Shown: in pieces, positions 1 to 9,410 of the stretch
Position numbering within the stretch: the stretch's first letter is position 1
Layout of the letters: the number at the start of each line of letters is the position of its first letter
Virus record (IMG/VR): IMGVR_UViG_3300021255_002485
Location: 67,802 to 131,801 of that record
DNA: 64,000 bases
From: a virus
Taxonomy: Duplodnaviria; Caudoviricetes
Strand: one strand, 5' to 3'
Made by a program: the position numbers and the translations under genes
The notes under the pieces: model-generated
Seen by the model: the letters and a program-made list of their open reading frames with translations, nothing else
Told to the model about the DNA's origin: nothing
Database searches by the model: none

Positions 1-719
1 TCATCATAGGTCTTAAACGTCAGATCCCAGTTATCTTCTTCTGGAAAACTAATATTTTTAGCTTTCTGAAGTATACTACGTGCTTCCATATGTTCATTAT
101 TGAGAGCATGAGTATCAGTGCCACAAATTAAGGGTATATCATATTTTTGTGACACTTTATAAAGATTACGATTGTATTTAATCTGTTCTTCTACCATATG
201 ATGCTGAATTTCAAGAAAGCATCTATGCTTATTCTTAATAACAAAATCCAAGATCGCCTTTCGCATATCTTTGTCATTACCAAGCAAAACACCACCTAAA
301 CATGCCGTTGTCACGATAATATTATCAGAAGTGTGACAAAGCTCGTCTACGGTAATTCTCGGCACATAGTAATAATGACCATCCTCTCTATTAAAAGAAA
401 GCGAGGAAAGTCTATTTAACTCTAATACTCCATCATAATTTTTAGCAATAAGGACACAATGTCTATTATCTCGGATTTTCTCGTCCAAATTCTTTGTAAT
501 ATAAAACTCTTCAGCATGAATATATTTCATGCCAGCAGTTTCAATGTGCTCTTTTTTTTTCACCCATGAAAAAATTGAACCATGTTCAGAAAAAGCAAGT
601 GCGGTCATGCCGCACTCTTTGGCTTTTTCTATATATTGATCTGGCTTTGTAACTGAATCAATCGAAGTGACTCCATTACTTAAATCAGAATGTAAATGAT
701 ATACAGTATAGTTCGACAT
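1..719 (-). CDS. dnaE: DNA polymerase III alpha subunit (PHP domain), truncated at the window start
   Basis: Own translation from ATG at 719: MSNYTVYHLHSDLSNG...ALAFSEHG...HCVLIAKNYDG...FLEIQHH...GTDTH, the PHP metal-binding motifs of DnaE; not in the ORF track because it is open at the edge. Confidence 0.93.
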   Translation of the reverse strand, partial: MSNYTVYHLHSDLSNGVTSIDSVTKPDQYIEKAKECGMTALAFSEHGSIFSWVKKKEHIETAGMKYIHAEEFYITKNLDEKIRDNRHCVLIAKNYDGVLELNRLSSLSFNREDGHYYYVPRITVDELCHTSDNIIVTTACLGGVLLGNDKDMRKAILDFVIKNKHRCFLEIQHHMVEEQIKYNRNLYKVSQKYDIPLICGTDTHALNNEHMEARSILQKAKNISFPEEDNWDLTFKTYD

Positions 720-722
720 GAT

Positions 723-1391
723 TTACTCCAATCCATTCTCTTTAATCCACTTTTGCTTTAATTCCTCTACATCCTGTATATATTTATCTCGTTTTTCACC
801 CTCTTCAAAAAGTTCTTCAACGGTATGTAACATATCTGAAATCCCATCTCTCAACTTTATCTCCTTCCAGTGGTTTCTAATTCTTTCAGCAAGCTCGGTC
901 AGATCATATACAATGTCTTCATGATCGCCTTCTGAGAATCCGCGTATTGTATGCGAAGTAGCCATTTTGTTGTCATCATCAGCAATAGCTTTGTCGTATG
1001 GTATAGAGCTATCCCAACAGTCCTCGCAGCATGGATAATACCAACCCGCTCCTGTCATATGTACATCCGGCTTTCCACATCTTATACAGATATTTCCTGA
1101 AAGAACAGAATAATCATCTATAATGCGTTCTGTTTCATCATTGCCACCAGATGAATAAATGCGAACCGCACCAAATTTCTCCTTAGCCTCTTCTATCCGA
1201 AAATGTGTAAGATTATCGCGTTTTATTACATTATCTAGATCCTCACACAGCAGCTCTCCAAATGATATAAGCCACCCGTCTGGAAGATTTGCAAGTTCTA
1301 CGTGTCCTTCATCTTCAATCCATTCATCATCATACTTAGTGATCAACCACGGATATTTTTCTACATTCAGTTCATACATACTAAAACACAC
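723..1391 (-). CDS. hypothetical phage protein (KEKFG motif, CxxC zinc ribbon)
   Basis: Long ORF in a co-oriented run; CIRCG and CEDC pairs. Confidence 0.75.
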   Translation of the reverse strand: MCFSMYELNVEKYPWLITKYDDEWIEDEGHVELANLPDGWLISFGELLCEDLDNVIKRDNLTHFRIEEAKEKFGAVRIYSSGGNDETERIIDDYSVLSGNICIRCGKPDVHMTGAGWYYPCCEDCWDSSIPYDKAIADDDNKMATSHTIRGFSEGDHEDIVYDLTELAERIRNHWKEIKLRDGISDMLHTVEELFEEGEKRDKYIQDVEELKQKWIKENGLE

Positions 1392-1950
1392 TCCTCGTTG
1401 TTAATATACCGATTATTCTTCTGACTTCCTGTTCCGCAATATCTTTATTCGTATCTAACTCTTTAAGTAAATTCTGATATCCATTATTCTGTTCTACCAA
1501 CGAATTCACGACTCTGTTATATTCGGTAATCATATCAGTATTCTCAGCTATTAAACTCTCATATACTTCTTTCTGTTTATCTATTTCATTACATTTCTCT
1601 GAGAATACCACTTTAGCATTGGACAACTGTTCTTTAATCTTAGATATATATAAATCATTCATCTCCTGTCCGACACCAAGATCCACAGTAAAGAGAGTGA
1701 TTACGTTCTGTTTATCCCGGTCTACAACGACAATCCAGTTATCTCTCATATATATCCTAACAATCGAATTATGCCATTCTTTCTTTATCGAACGTCCTTC
1801 GTAAAGCAATTCTCCGTATTCAATCATCTTATTGATGTCTTCTGTAATCTTTTGTATATGATTGGATATAAAAAGATTCATATCTTGAACATCATCTTTA
1901 TCCATTATGCGCTCTGCATACCGCTCCTGAGCATGCCTTGATATATTCAT
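1381..1950 (-). CDS. hypothetical protein (N-terminal SRHAxERY motif, C-terminal coiled coil)
   Basis: 189-aa ORF with GGAGGAG RBS. Confidence 0.75.
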   Translation of the reverse strand: MNISRHAQERYAERIMDKDDVQDMNLFISNHIQKITEDINKMIEYGELLYEGRSIKKEWHNSIVRIYMRDNWIVVVDRDKQNVITLFTVDLGVGQEMNDLYISKIKEQLSNAKVVFSEKCNEIDKQKEVYESLIAENTDMITEYNRVVNSLVEQNNGYQNLLKELDTNKDIAEQEVRRIIGILTTRSVF

Positions 1951-1996
1951 AACTCCTCCAGATGAAATATCGTTTTTATTGGAACTTAATCCTTCA

Positions 1997-2248
1997 TCAT
2001 TCTACATTTATTTTCACATTTATTTTTTTTATGTCACAAAGGACGCATAGATATTTAGCTATATCTTCTGCCCACGCTGAGTTTTCCATGTAAATTGTTT
2101 CAGCAAAATGTAACATCGGATTCATATAAATTGCTTTTTCTTCATCAGTAGCTTGTTCAAATTTTTCATAGTCAGAAACAAATTCAGAAAAAATTTTTTC
2201 CATATGATTTAGATATTCTGCCGTTTTTGGTAATTGTTTCTCAAACAT
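1997..2248 (-). CDS. small hypothetical protein
   Basis: ORF with AGGAGG RBS, bounded by junction palindromes. Confidence 0.65.
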   Translation of the reverse strand: MFEKQLPKTAEYLNHMEKIFSEFVSDYEKFEQATDEEKAIYMNPMLHFAETIYMENSAWAEDIAKYLCVLCDIKKINVKINVE

Positions 2249-2279
2249 TGCACATCATTCCTCCTATCAAATTGTACTT

Positions 2280-2555
2280 TTATAATAATTTGGGTAAAAT
2301 CATCTCTTTTATATATTCATCTATTGTTTTCATATTTAAGTTTTCATAAGTTTCAAACTGTCCGAGAATTAATACAAATGATTCATGCTGCGGATCTGAT
2401 GCTCTAACATTTTCATAGAACTTTTCAAGAGCCTCTTCTGATGGATTTACTATACAATATCCTGAACAGTGTCTATATGGATACCATTGCACATATATCA
2501 ATCCTTGCGTTGCACACCAATGACGTAGTTGATTTAATCCATTTATTGTCTTCAT
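2280..2555 (-). CDS. small hypothetical protein
   Basis: ORF with RBS, bounded by junction palindromes at 2266 and 2567. Confidence 0.7.
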   Translation of the reverse strand: MKTINGLNQLRHWCATQGLIYVQWYPYRHCSGYCIVNPSEEALEKFYENVRASDPQHESFVLILGQFETYENLNMKTIDEYIKEMILPKLL

Positions 2556-2587
2556 ATTTTCCTCTCATAAAAAGTTTATTTCATTCC

Positions 2588-2770
2588 TCATTCCCACTTT
2601 CTGCCAAACACAGGTAAGTGATATAATCCTCTCGTCCAAGCATCTTCTAGACATTTTACTAAGGTTTCTATACTAATTATTTGAAAATTTCTTTTACTAA
2701 ACCAAACGAATCCAGGTTTATCCTCAACAGGTACAAAATTCTTTTTAATAAAATCTTCGATCTCTGTCAT
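2588..2770 (-). CDS. small hypothetical protein
   Basis: ORF coupled to the upstream gene (ATGA overlap). Confidence 0.6.
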   Translation of the reverse strand: MTEIEDFIKKNFVPVEDKPGFVWFSKRNFQIISIETLVKCLEDAWTRGLYHLPVFGRKWE

Positions 2771-2961
2771 TTCTTATCCTTACTTTCTGCATCACGTCTT
2801 TTTGCGCGTTCCTTGTCGTAAGCGCATTTATCACAATATCCATATCCATGAAGCCAACAGTATTCTCGGCAATATGATTCACAAGTATTAAATCCTATTC
2901 TCTGCATTTCGTTTTCCGTGACAGAATCATAAAAACCATCACCGCCCCAACTCTCTAACAT
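2767..2961 (-). CDS. small Cys-rich hypothetical protein
   Basis: ORF with GAGGGG RBS. Confidence 0.6.
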   Translation of the reverse strand: MLESWGGDGFYDSVTENEMQRIGFNTCESYCREYCWLHGYGYCDKCAYDKERAKRRDAESKDKK

Positions 2962-3009
2962 GTATGCCCCCTCACTTAGATATTTTCTTTAATCATACGT
3001 TACCTCTAA

Positions 3010-3390
3010 TTATTCTGTGATCTTCGCAAAGTCATCTTTATATACGAATTTGTCTTTCATAAAATGTCCGAAACCAATGACTTTACTTCCCCATCCACCA
3101 GAACCTTCCAGCACAATTCTACAAGGAATATTTTTGAATTCACTCAGAACAAATCCATCTTCATCCGTCAAATCAAATAATTCCACTAAGGCTTTAATTT
3201 GCCAGCCAATATTATCCGTATTATTATAATCATGATATAAGCTACATGACTTTGTCCAAATATCAAGACTCACCACATTTCCGAAATGTCCAATACAAAC
3301 AATATCACTTCCAGTAATTATGTTGTTTTCTATAGAATTACCATCATCTAAAATTTGATTCTGTGTTTTTATAATGTCTCTTAATTTCAT
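3010..3390 (-). CDS. hypothetical protein
   Basis: 126-aa ORF, coupled to the upstream gene. Confidence 0.7.
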   Translation of the reverse strand: MKLRDIIKTQNQILDDGNSIENNIITGSDIVCIGHFGNVVSLDIWTKSCSLYHDYNNTDNIGWQIKALVELFDLTDEDGFVLSEFKNIPCRIVLEGSGGWGSKVIGFGHFMKDKFVYKDDFAKITE

Positions 3391-3611
3391 TCTGATTTTT
3401 CCTCCTCTTCAACAACCGTAATACAATTTAGCAATGTGCCAAATACCCCATGAATATCAACGTCAATTATTTTTTCTGTAGCCAACTCAATAGGATTGTC
3501 ATTCACAAATCCAACGCACTTGCTGCTAGTATGATCTACAATTTTTGTTATATATACTGGATCGTCCAAATTCATATCCATTAATTTATTTATCAGCTCA
3601 CGAACAGTCAT
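3387..3611 (-). CDS. small hypothetical protein (MTVRELINKL-type N-terminus)
   Basis: ORF with AGGAG RBS; N-terminus common in phage accessory proteins. Confidence 0.7.
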   Translation of the reverse strand: MTVRELINKLMDMNLDDPVYITKIVDHTSSKCVGFVNDNPIELATEKIIDVDIHGVFGTLLNCITVVEEEEKSE

Positions 3612-3639
3612 ATTTTCTCCTATGAAAGTTTTATTTTAT

Positions 3640-3858
3640 TTAATCGCCATATTCAATATTATAATATACGGTATGTTCCACACCATTAGGAACTCTTTCA
3701 TATTCCATATACCCATGTTCCTTTGATAATTCATGATTTAGATATTTTTCCAAATCATCTTTAGATGTAAAATCGAGAGGTTTATGGTCATAAAATGTTA
3801 TTGTCCAAACTTCATTTAATATTGGTACATCACTATTATTTTTTACTAATCTCGCCAT
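3640..3858 (-). CDS. small hypothetical protein
   Basis: GGAGG RBS; flanked by palindromes at 3622 and 3875. Confidence 0.65.
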   Translation of the reverse strand: MARLVKNNSDVPILNEVWTITFYDHKPLDFTSKDDLEKYLNHELSKEHGYMEYERVPNGVEHTVYYNIEYGD

Positions 3859-3888
3859 TGATTATTGTCCTCCAATAAAAATATCTTT

Positions 3889-4089
3889 TTATTTGCATAT
3901 CCTCAAGATCCGCTTTGTCTGACATTCTTCTATTATTCTTTTGACGCTGCACCCAAAACGAATAATCTTATCACAATCCTCACAACAGCTATTCTGTTCA
4001 CAGAAAGACCAGAAATATCCGTATACTCTATCCGGGTTACGTCTATATCTCCCCTGTTCTAATTCTTCTCTTGTCATTTCATTCTCCAA
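3889..4089 (-). CDS. small Cys-rich hypothetical protein
   Basis: ORF whose stop overlaps the palindrome at 3875; start uncertain. Confidence 0.55.
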   Translation of the reverse strand: MENEMTREELEQGRYRRNPDRVYGYFWSFCEQNSCCEDCDKIIRFGCSVKRIIEECQTKRILRICK

Positions 4090-4097
4090 TTAAAATA

Positions 4098-4421
4098 TTA
4101 TTCATCATGATATTTTAAGAATTCATCATATGCACCCTCAATTATTTCTTGAAAAGCATAAGTAAACATCTGACTCCATACCAAATCATCAGCTTCGTAA
4201 GGGGCATCATCACGAAGAATGTTTATAATCTTTTCTACAAACTCCTGTTCTTTGCCTTTTATTACCGTTGCATATCTTCCAACACCATTAAAGTTTTCCG
4301 GGCTTGTGTGAAACAACCTTTTTAACTCTGCTATAGAAATTTTCATTGTCAGAGTTTTATCATCCAGTTCAAATTTCATACTTTGATCTCGCCATTTTTT
4401 CATTTTACATCCTCCAATCAA
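4098..4421 (-). CDS. hypothetical protein
   Basis: ORF; probable true start at MKKWR after GGAGG. Confidence 0.65.
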   Translation of the reverse strand: MIGGCKMKKWRDQSMKFELDDKTLTMKISIAELKRLFHTSPENFNGVGRYATVIKGKEQEFVEKIINILRDDAPYEADDLVWSQMFTYAFQEIIEGAYDEFLKYHDE

Positions 4422-4434
4422 TAGAATAATCCTT

Positions 4435-4599
4435 TTATTGTTGCTCTGTTCTATCCATTTCTTTTATGCTTATAACCATTGAATGTTCCATATAATACTT
4501 ATCAAAAATTGCATTGATAAAAAGCAGGGCATCTTCTAATCGCATATTTGATGCGAGTAGATTATTTCCATGTAATACTTCGAATCTTCGTTCTTCCAT
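4435..4599 (-). CDS. small hypothetical protein
   Basis: Start moved to MEERR after GGAG RBS; flanked by palindromes at 4421 and 4611. Confidence 0.6.
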   Translation of the reverse strand: MEERRFEVLHGNNLLASNMRLEDALLFINAIFDKYYMEHSMVISIKEMDRTEQQ

Positions 4600-4652
4600 T
4601 TTTTTCTCCAATAGAATCAACTTTTTATTTATAATTCCATGTTCTCATTATA

Positions 4653-5021
4653 TTATCTCAGAGTATAATAATATGGGTATATTGAATAATTTGTACGTGC
4701 TATCTGCATTGCTCTTTTACACTCTTCTATTTTGTTTAAAAGATTTTCGTATTCTATATTATGAATTCGTAAATCAGCAAGGACTTTTGCTTGTACCTCC
4801 GGAGAAGGATCTTCGTCTAATTTATAGTATCGTTTCATAATCTCGTTTTCTTTGTTAACATGTTGTAAATTCATAATCTCATCATCTTTTTGAGAGATTT
4901 GCTTTTCTAATTCTTTGTTTTGTTCATTTATTGATAATATCTTATTTTCCAATTCGTTAGTTTTCTGTCTCCAAAAACATATATCTTCTTTTAATTGTCT
5001 TACCTTTTTTGTTTCAAACAT
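4653..5021 (-). CDS. coiled-coil hypothetical protein
   Basis: 122-aa ORF, heptad-like composition. Confidence 0.65.
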   Translation of the reverse strand: MFETKKVRQLKEDICFWRQKTNELENKILSINEQNKELEKQISQKDDEIMNLQHVNKENEIMKRYYKLDEDPSPEVQAKVLADLRIHNIEYENLLNKIEECKRAMQIARTNYSIYPYYYTLR

Positions 5022-5071
5022 ACGATATTAAATCCTTTCAATATTTGAACCATAATACCCTCCAGATGAAA

Positions 5072-5302
5072 TCAATCTTTTACAGTTCTTTGGGAAACCA
5101 TTACCGGAGTCCCGATGTACTCAAAATCATTTTCACTCTCCATTGAAAAAATAAATGCGGTGCCTTGTTCTGGTATTGGAACACCGATCATATAGCGTAT
5201 ATCATCTCCGCACTCTTTAATTTCATCTACGAATCCAAAACATCCACACCATTTATGATTCTCTGTGAATTGTACAACATTGTTAATTTGAAATTTACTC
5301 AC
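5072..5302 (-). CDS. small hypothetical protein
   Basis: GTG start with AGGAG RBS. Confidence 0.65.
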   Translation of the reverse strand: MSKFQINNVVQFTENHKWCGCFGFVDEIKECGDDIRYMIGVPIPEQGTAFIFSMESENDFEYIGTPVMVSQRTVKD

Positions 5303-5313
5303 TTTTATAACTC

Positions 5314-5520
5314 CTATTCTTCATCGCCAATATCTTCGTCCGAAGGTATATGTTCTGTTACTTCCTGCAAACCAAATTCCCTCTGATATTCATTGATCAT
5401 ATTTAGTAAATCCTTGAAAAGAGGATGGTTTGCAGTGATTGCTAATGCCATTACTTTTCCATTAGATGTCGCCTTAAACATACTATCTCGTTCCCAGTTA
5501 GTTTTTTCCTTAATAAACAT
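5314..5520 (-). CDS. small hypothetical protein
   Basis: AGGAGGAG RBS. Confidence 0.65.
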   Translation of the reverse strand: MFIKEKTNWERDSMFKATSNGKVMALAITANHPLFKDLLNMINEYQREFGLQEVTEHIPSDEDIGDEE

Positions 5521-5540
5521 ATCTCCTCCTTTTATTACAA

Positions 5541-5624
5541 TGCAGGAGAAGGGACTCGAACCCTCATGAGAATCTTCTCAACGAATTTTAAGTCCGCTTT
5601 GTATTCCAATTCCAACACTCCTGC
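5541..5624 (-). tRNA. tRNA-Leu (UAA)
   Basis: GCAGGAG/CTCCTGC acceptor, anticodon loop CTTAAAA, long variable arm, GGTTCGAGTCC T-arm, discriminator A, no encoded CCA. Confidence 0.93.
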
Positions 5625-5760
5625 ACATTTAATAGCCGCAAAATCCCATCGACGACCATATTCGCTACCGGCTATTATGTTCACGCTCCACTCTGGAAAT
5701 AGTTTTAGGTCGCTACGTAAAGTTTCCTCTGCTATCTGCGTGAAGTTACCCAACATCCTT

Positions 5761-6000
5761 TTAATCGTCTTCGTTCATTAATTTGTCTCTCAACAACCTA
5801 AAAACCTCTCTCTGTATATCAAAATCTTCCTGCGTAATATCCCGATCCTTTAACCAACTCAGCTGTCTCTTAATATCTCGTTCCTGCCTATAAAGACTGA
5901 TAGCATTCTGTGTCACTCGAATAATTTGTGTAATCACCAATACTGTCGTTATAATTGTTAAATACATAGTAAACATGTCCTCCTGTTTTAATTGCGTCAA
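5761..6000 (-). CDS. small membrane protein
   Basis: N-terminal hydrophobic helix (YLTIITTVLVITQII). Confidence 0.65.
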   Translation of the reverse strand: MTQLKQEDMFTMYLTIITTVLVITQIIRVTQNAISLYRQERDIKRQLSWLKDRDITQEDFDIQREVFRLLRDKLMNEDD

Positions 6001-6527
6001 TCTAATTTAAGAAAATCTTTTCTGTTCCTCAAATACCCGTCTTTGAATAATTCGTACATCTTCAGATCATACAATCGACCATCAGCCAGTTTACAATGCT
6101 TTGTATATGTTCCAACTATACGACCACCGCATTTGTTAATAAACTTGTCGTACATCTTCTCTGCCGGATTACCTATATACACATTAAATTCAATCTTATT
6201 GAAGTTGAATTTACAAAATATATCATCAATTGCTTGCATAACATCTTTGCTGAAAGTTATCTTATCATCAGTGAAATTAATAATATTGAGATCAAATACA
6301 ACATTAGCCGCTCTATCTACAGAATAACCAATGAATCCAATTACGTCACAGCGAGCTACTGAAACAAACTGATGATCATTGACGGTGCTTTCTTCCGGTA
6401 GGAATTCTTCATAGTAGCAGCCATTGTGATAAAACAAGTATTTGTCATCAAACCATGTTTTTCTAAATAAATGTTGTAATTCATCTGTATAAAACTGTGC
6501 TGGCTTAAGCATGTCAAATTCCTTCAA
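5997..6527 (-). CDS. GNAT-family (RimL-like) N-acetyltransferase
   Basis: VIGFIGY, FNKIEFNVYIGNPAEKMYDK and DGRLYD..YEL motifs typical of RimJ/RimL GNATs. Confidence 0.75.
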   Translation of the reverse strand: MKEFDMLKPAQFYTDELQHLFRKTWFDDKYLFYHNGCYYEEFLPEESTVNDHQFVSVARCDVIGFIGYSVDRAANVVFDLNIINFTDDKITFSKDVMQAIDDIFCKFNFNKIEFNVYIGNPAEKMYDKFINKCGGRIVGTYTKHCKLADGRLYDLKMYELFKDGYLRNRKDFLKLD

Positions 6528-6750
6528 GAACCTTTCTAATCCTTGCTACTATAACAGGATCTTCTGTATATGCTCTTAAAATCACCGGTTGCGACAAGTC
6601 CAGACTAAATATACCCATAATTGACTTTGCATCCACCGTATAACGGAAATTCTGCGTAACAAGATCAATGTCGCAATTTATCTTTGTTATACCCTTATGA
6701 AACTTATTAGCACTATCTATTGTTGATAACGAAATCATCTGTTCAAACAT
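6514..6750 (-). CDS. HPr-family phosphocarrier-like protein
   Basis: VDAKSIMGIFSL Ser46 signature; GLHARP/His15 motif absent. Confidence 0.85.
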   Translation of the reverse strand: MFEQMISLSTIDSANKFHKGITKINCDIDLVTQNFRYTVDAKSIMGIFSLDLSQPVILRAYTEDPVIVARIRKVLEGI

Positions 6751-6753
6751 GCC

Positions 6754-7125
6754 TTACCTCTCTTCTATCTCAGGAATCTTATGGATACCATATTTCTCTA
6801 AAATATCAAGATCTCGACGGCACTTTTTAAGGTATTTATTTATTATCCTATTAATGGCTTTTCCCCTCTTTATTTTTGCTCTAGTCAAAGCAAGTTTCTT
6901 GCCGTATTCCACATCGAATGAATCCCCGGGCATACAACGTGCAACTCCGATATAAGTATCTCGAATTAGGAAATCACTAAATCGTATAGCATAATCATCA
7001 CAATATGTTAGTATCCTGTTTAAAGCTATATTTTCACAGTTAGACAGTTTACAAACGACCGTTCCACTTTTTTCATCTACCTTATAAGTAATATCATTCA
7101 TATGTATACCCCTCTTAATCTTCAA
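6754..7125 (-). CDS. hypothetical phage protein (GVARCxPxDxFDxExGKKLAxxRA motif)
   Basis: Motif common in phage proteins. Confidence 0.75.
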   Translation of the reverse strand: MKIKRGIHMNDITYKVDEKSGTVVCKLSNCENIALNRILTYCDDYAIRFSDFLIRDTYIGVARCMPGDSFDVEYGKKLALTRAKIKRGKAINRIINKYLKKCRRDLDILEKYGIHKIPEIEER

Positions 7126-7435
7126 TCATTTCCTCTCTTATAGCCCCAATTGTTTGCCAAACATCCGTAAGATATGTTGTACATTTTTGAGACAATTCCG
7201 TTCTTGATTCTTCACTTTGATTGTATTCCCACGCGATATCAAACAATTCGTGTATCTTACTTATTGCATCATCGATTTCTTCGATCTCCCCCTTTTTCTT
7301 CCGAGTGTTTTTCCACTTGTATTTCTTAAAGCATCTTTTAATTATGTCAATCTGTTTATTTACTCTATTTTTTATATCACTAAACGGATCTGCTATCACT
7401 GTTGAATAATTGTCATCTCTCTGAATTATTGCCAT
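7115..7435 (-). CDS. hypothetical protein
   Basis: ORF immediately downstream of the palindrome at 7449. Confidence 0.65.
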   Translation of the reverse strand: MAIIQRDDNYSTVIADPFSDIKNRVNKQIDIIKRCFKKYKWKNTRKKKGEIEEIDDAISKIHELFDIAWEYNQSEESRTELSQKCTTYLTDVWQTIGAIREEMIED

Positions 7436-7573
7436 AAATTTACCCCTAATAAAAATCGAATTTTATTACCTTTCACATAGAGGTTTAAGCGTCCCCCTCA
7501 AAGCGCACATCCCACCATTGTTGGCCTGACTTTCGTCACTGAGTCCGGTGTCACATTTGCTCTCCCACTCCGC

Positions 7574-7647
7574 TGACTCCAGCGGGACTCGAACCCGGCA
7601 TCCCAGCCTTGAAAGGGCTGTGTCCTTACCTATTAGACTATGGAGCC
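7574..7647 (-). tRNA. tRNA-Glu (UUC)
   Basis: GGCTCCA/TGGAGTC acceptor, CAGCC-CTTTCAA-GGCTG anticodon arm, GGTTCGAGTCC. Confidence 0.93.
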
Positions 7648-7825
7648 ATTTTGCCTACCGCACCAAACGCTTCGCATTTGTTGGTGTCTCTGTTTCTATA
7701 TCTCTGCCGTTGGTCTTACGAGATCGTCGCGTCCATTTCGGCAATTGCTATCAAAATGTCAATTTTCTGCGATTTTGACGCATAATTGCTATCATATTAG
7801 CAAAAGTTTTGAATCATCCTTACAA

Positions 7826-7854
7826 ATCATATCATTGTGTTTTAATTTTGTCAA
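7826..7854 (-). promoter_or_regulatory. sigma-A promoter with AATTAAAA spacer motif
   Basis: TTGACA-AAATTAAAACACAATGA(17)-TATGAT. Confidence 0.75.
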
Positions 7855-8599
7855 TATACCTATATAATTTTTCTGTAGCTTTACTCTTATCAGTGGCTTT
7901 TATACTTCTGCTAACCTCTTGTTGCCAGATGCACTCAAAATCATCTGGTGCTTCAAGTTCCGATATAAGAACTATATTATTCTTCGACCATTCTCGCATC
8001 TTATCCCAGAATTCGTCATAATCAAATCCTTTGGAATATTCATACTGCTTTTTGCCCTTATAAGGTGGATCACAATAAATCACATAATTGTCCAAATGAT
8101 CCAAATTCTTATAATTGCTAATCCCGAACATAATATCTCGAAATAAAGGTTTTTGAATTTGATCTATCAAATTGTCCTTTGCTTCTTGATAGTAATCTCT
8201 ATATCTTCGTCCTTTAGTAGTTTGCTCATATCCCGGTTTTGCATATCCACCGCTATATCCTCTTCCGTTATAACTGGCTAAGAACATTCCTGCTCCTATC
8301 AACCAATCTGGATATTTCTGCTCTTTATTGTCTTCATACCACGCTGCCCTTAATTCATCATATAGACCCTTATCAATCATTTCGGGTAATTCACCACCTG
8401 ACTTAACGTGAATTAATAGATAAATCAGATACTTGTTAATATCATAGGCGAACTTCCTATCACAGCATATCTTATCTATTATGCTACAGCTTCCGCAAAA
8501 CGGTTCTAAATAATAATGGATATTATTATCATCAATTTCTCGTTGAATAATCGGCACCAGATGTTTAGCTATTCTTGACTTACTGCCCATATACTTCAT
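7832..8599 (-). CDS. DNA adenine methyltransferase (D12/Dam class)
   Basis: MKYMGSK, EPFCGS (SAM binding), YCDPPY catalytic motif. Confidence 0.92.
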   Translation of the reverse strand: MKYMGSKSRIAKHLVPIIQREIDDNNIHYYLEPFCGSCSIIDKICCDRKFAYDINKYLIYLLIHVKSGGELPEMIDKGLYDELRAAWYEDNKEQKYPDWLIGAGMFLASYNGRGYSGGYAKPGYEQTTKGRRYRDYYQEAKDNLIDQIQKPLFRDIMFGISNYKNLDHLDNYVIYCDPPYKGKKQYEYSKGFDYDEFWDKMREWSKNNIVLISELEAPDDFECIWQQEVSRSIKATDKSKATEKLYRYIDKIKTQ

Positions 8600-8955
8600 T
8601 CGCCATCTCTCCTGTCATAATCCCTAAACCATCCAGTATTAAACAATTTCTCCATAAATTCTTCAGCTTTTTCCGGTTCCCAACCATTAAGAAATGTGAT
8701 ATCTATAACATTCCCGTCTTTAGTGGTAAGTTGTGTATATGCTTCATATCTTGGTTTTTCTAATTCAGAATGGTTACCATTTTTATATTGACTAAAATCC
8801 CATTTTTTCCATGTTATGAAATACTGTCTATCTCCATTATTATTTCTAACCGCTGTTTGATAACATTTCATGACACATTCTCCGTCGAATGGAGATGGGC
8901 TAAATCTCTGATAACCTTTCTTGATCAATGTTGATTCTATATCAAGTTTCTTCAT
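8596..8955 (-). CDS. hypothetical protein
   Basis: 119-aa ORF coupled to the methylase. Confidence 0.7.
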   Translation of the reverse strand: MKKLDIESTLIKKGYQRFSPSPFDGECVMKCYQTAVRNNNGDRQYFITWKKWDFSQYKNGNHSELEKPRYEAYTQLTTKDGNVIDITFLNGWEPEKAEEFMEKLFNTGWFRDYDRRDGE

Positions 8956-8956
8956 A

Positions 8957-9169
8957 TTAATTCATTCTCCAAAATACTTCTGAATACTTAAAACATCTTC
9001 TTGTTCCAAATTCACAATCTTTCATCAAAATATGATGTGGAAAATATTCTTGGATCGTATACATACGTCCATCAACATCTTTTAGTCTCGGCTTAAACAT
9101 CACTTTGTCTGCTACCAACTTAGGTAAATCTCTCTCTTCATACAGTTCTACTCCATCAATAACTATCAT
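8957..9169 (-). CDS. small hypothetical protein
   Basis: AAGGAG RBS. Confidence 0.6.
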   Translation of the reverse strand: MIVIDGVELYEERDLPKLVADKVMFKPRLKDVDGRMYTIQEYFPHHILMKDCEFGTRRCFKYSEVFWRMN

Positions 9170-9179
9170 CTTCTACTCC

Positions 9180-9410
9180 TTACCGCACATAAGTCATATC
9201 ATCATAAAATGCCCGGATAATCGACTTGCACGCTGCTTTCTTCACTACTTCTGCATTACCCTTCATTTTCTCCTTGATCATTCTCTGACACGTATGACTA
9301 TCATTGATCAGTACATACATAAACTCTTCGTCTTCGGCTATTACTGCCATCAAATGATTTTTCACTTTAATAAAATCACCTACATCAATTTTGTTCATAC
9401 ACACATCCAA
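9180..9410 (-). CDS. small hypothetical protein
   Basis: ORF in a co-oriented run. Confidence 0.6.
   Translation of the reverse strand: MDVCMNKIDVGDFIKVKNHLMAVIAEDEEFMYVLINDSHTCQRMIKEKMKGNAEVVKKAACKSIIRAFYDDMTYVR

Noticed and set aside
5535-5756. 73-aa minus-strand ORF
   Set aside because: Runs through tRNA-Leu and its structured leader
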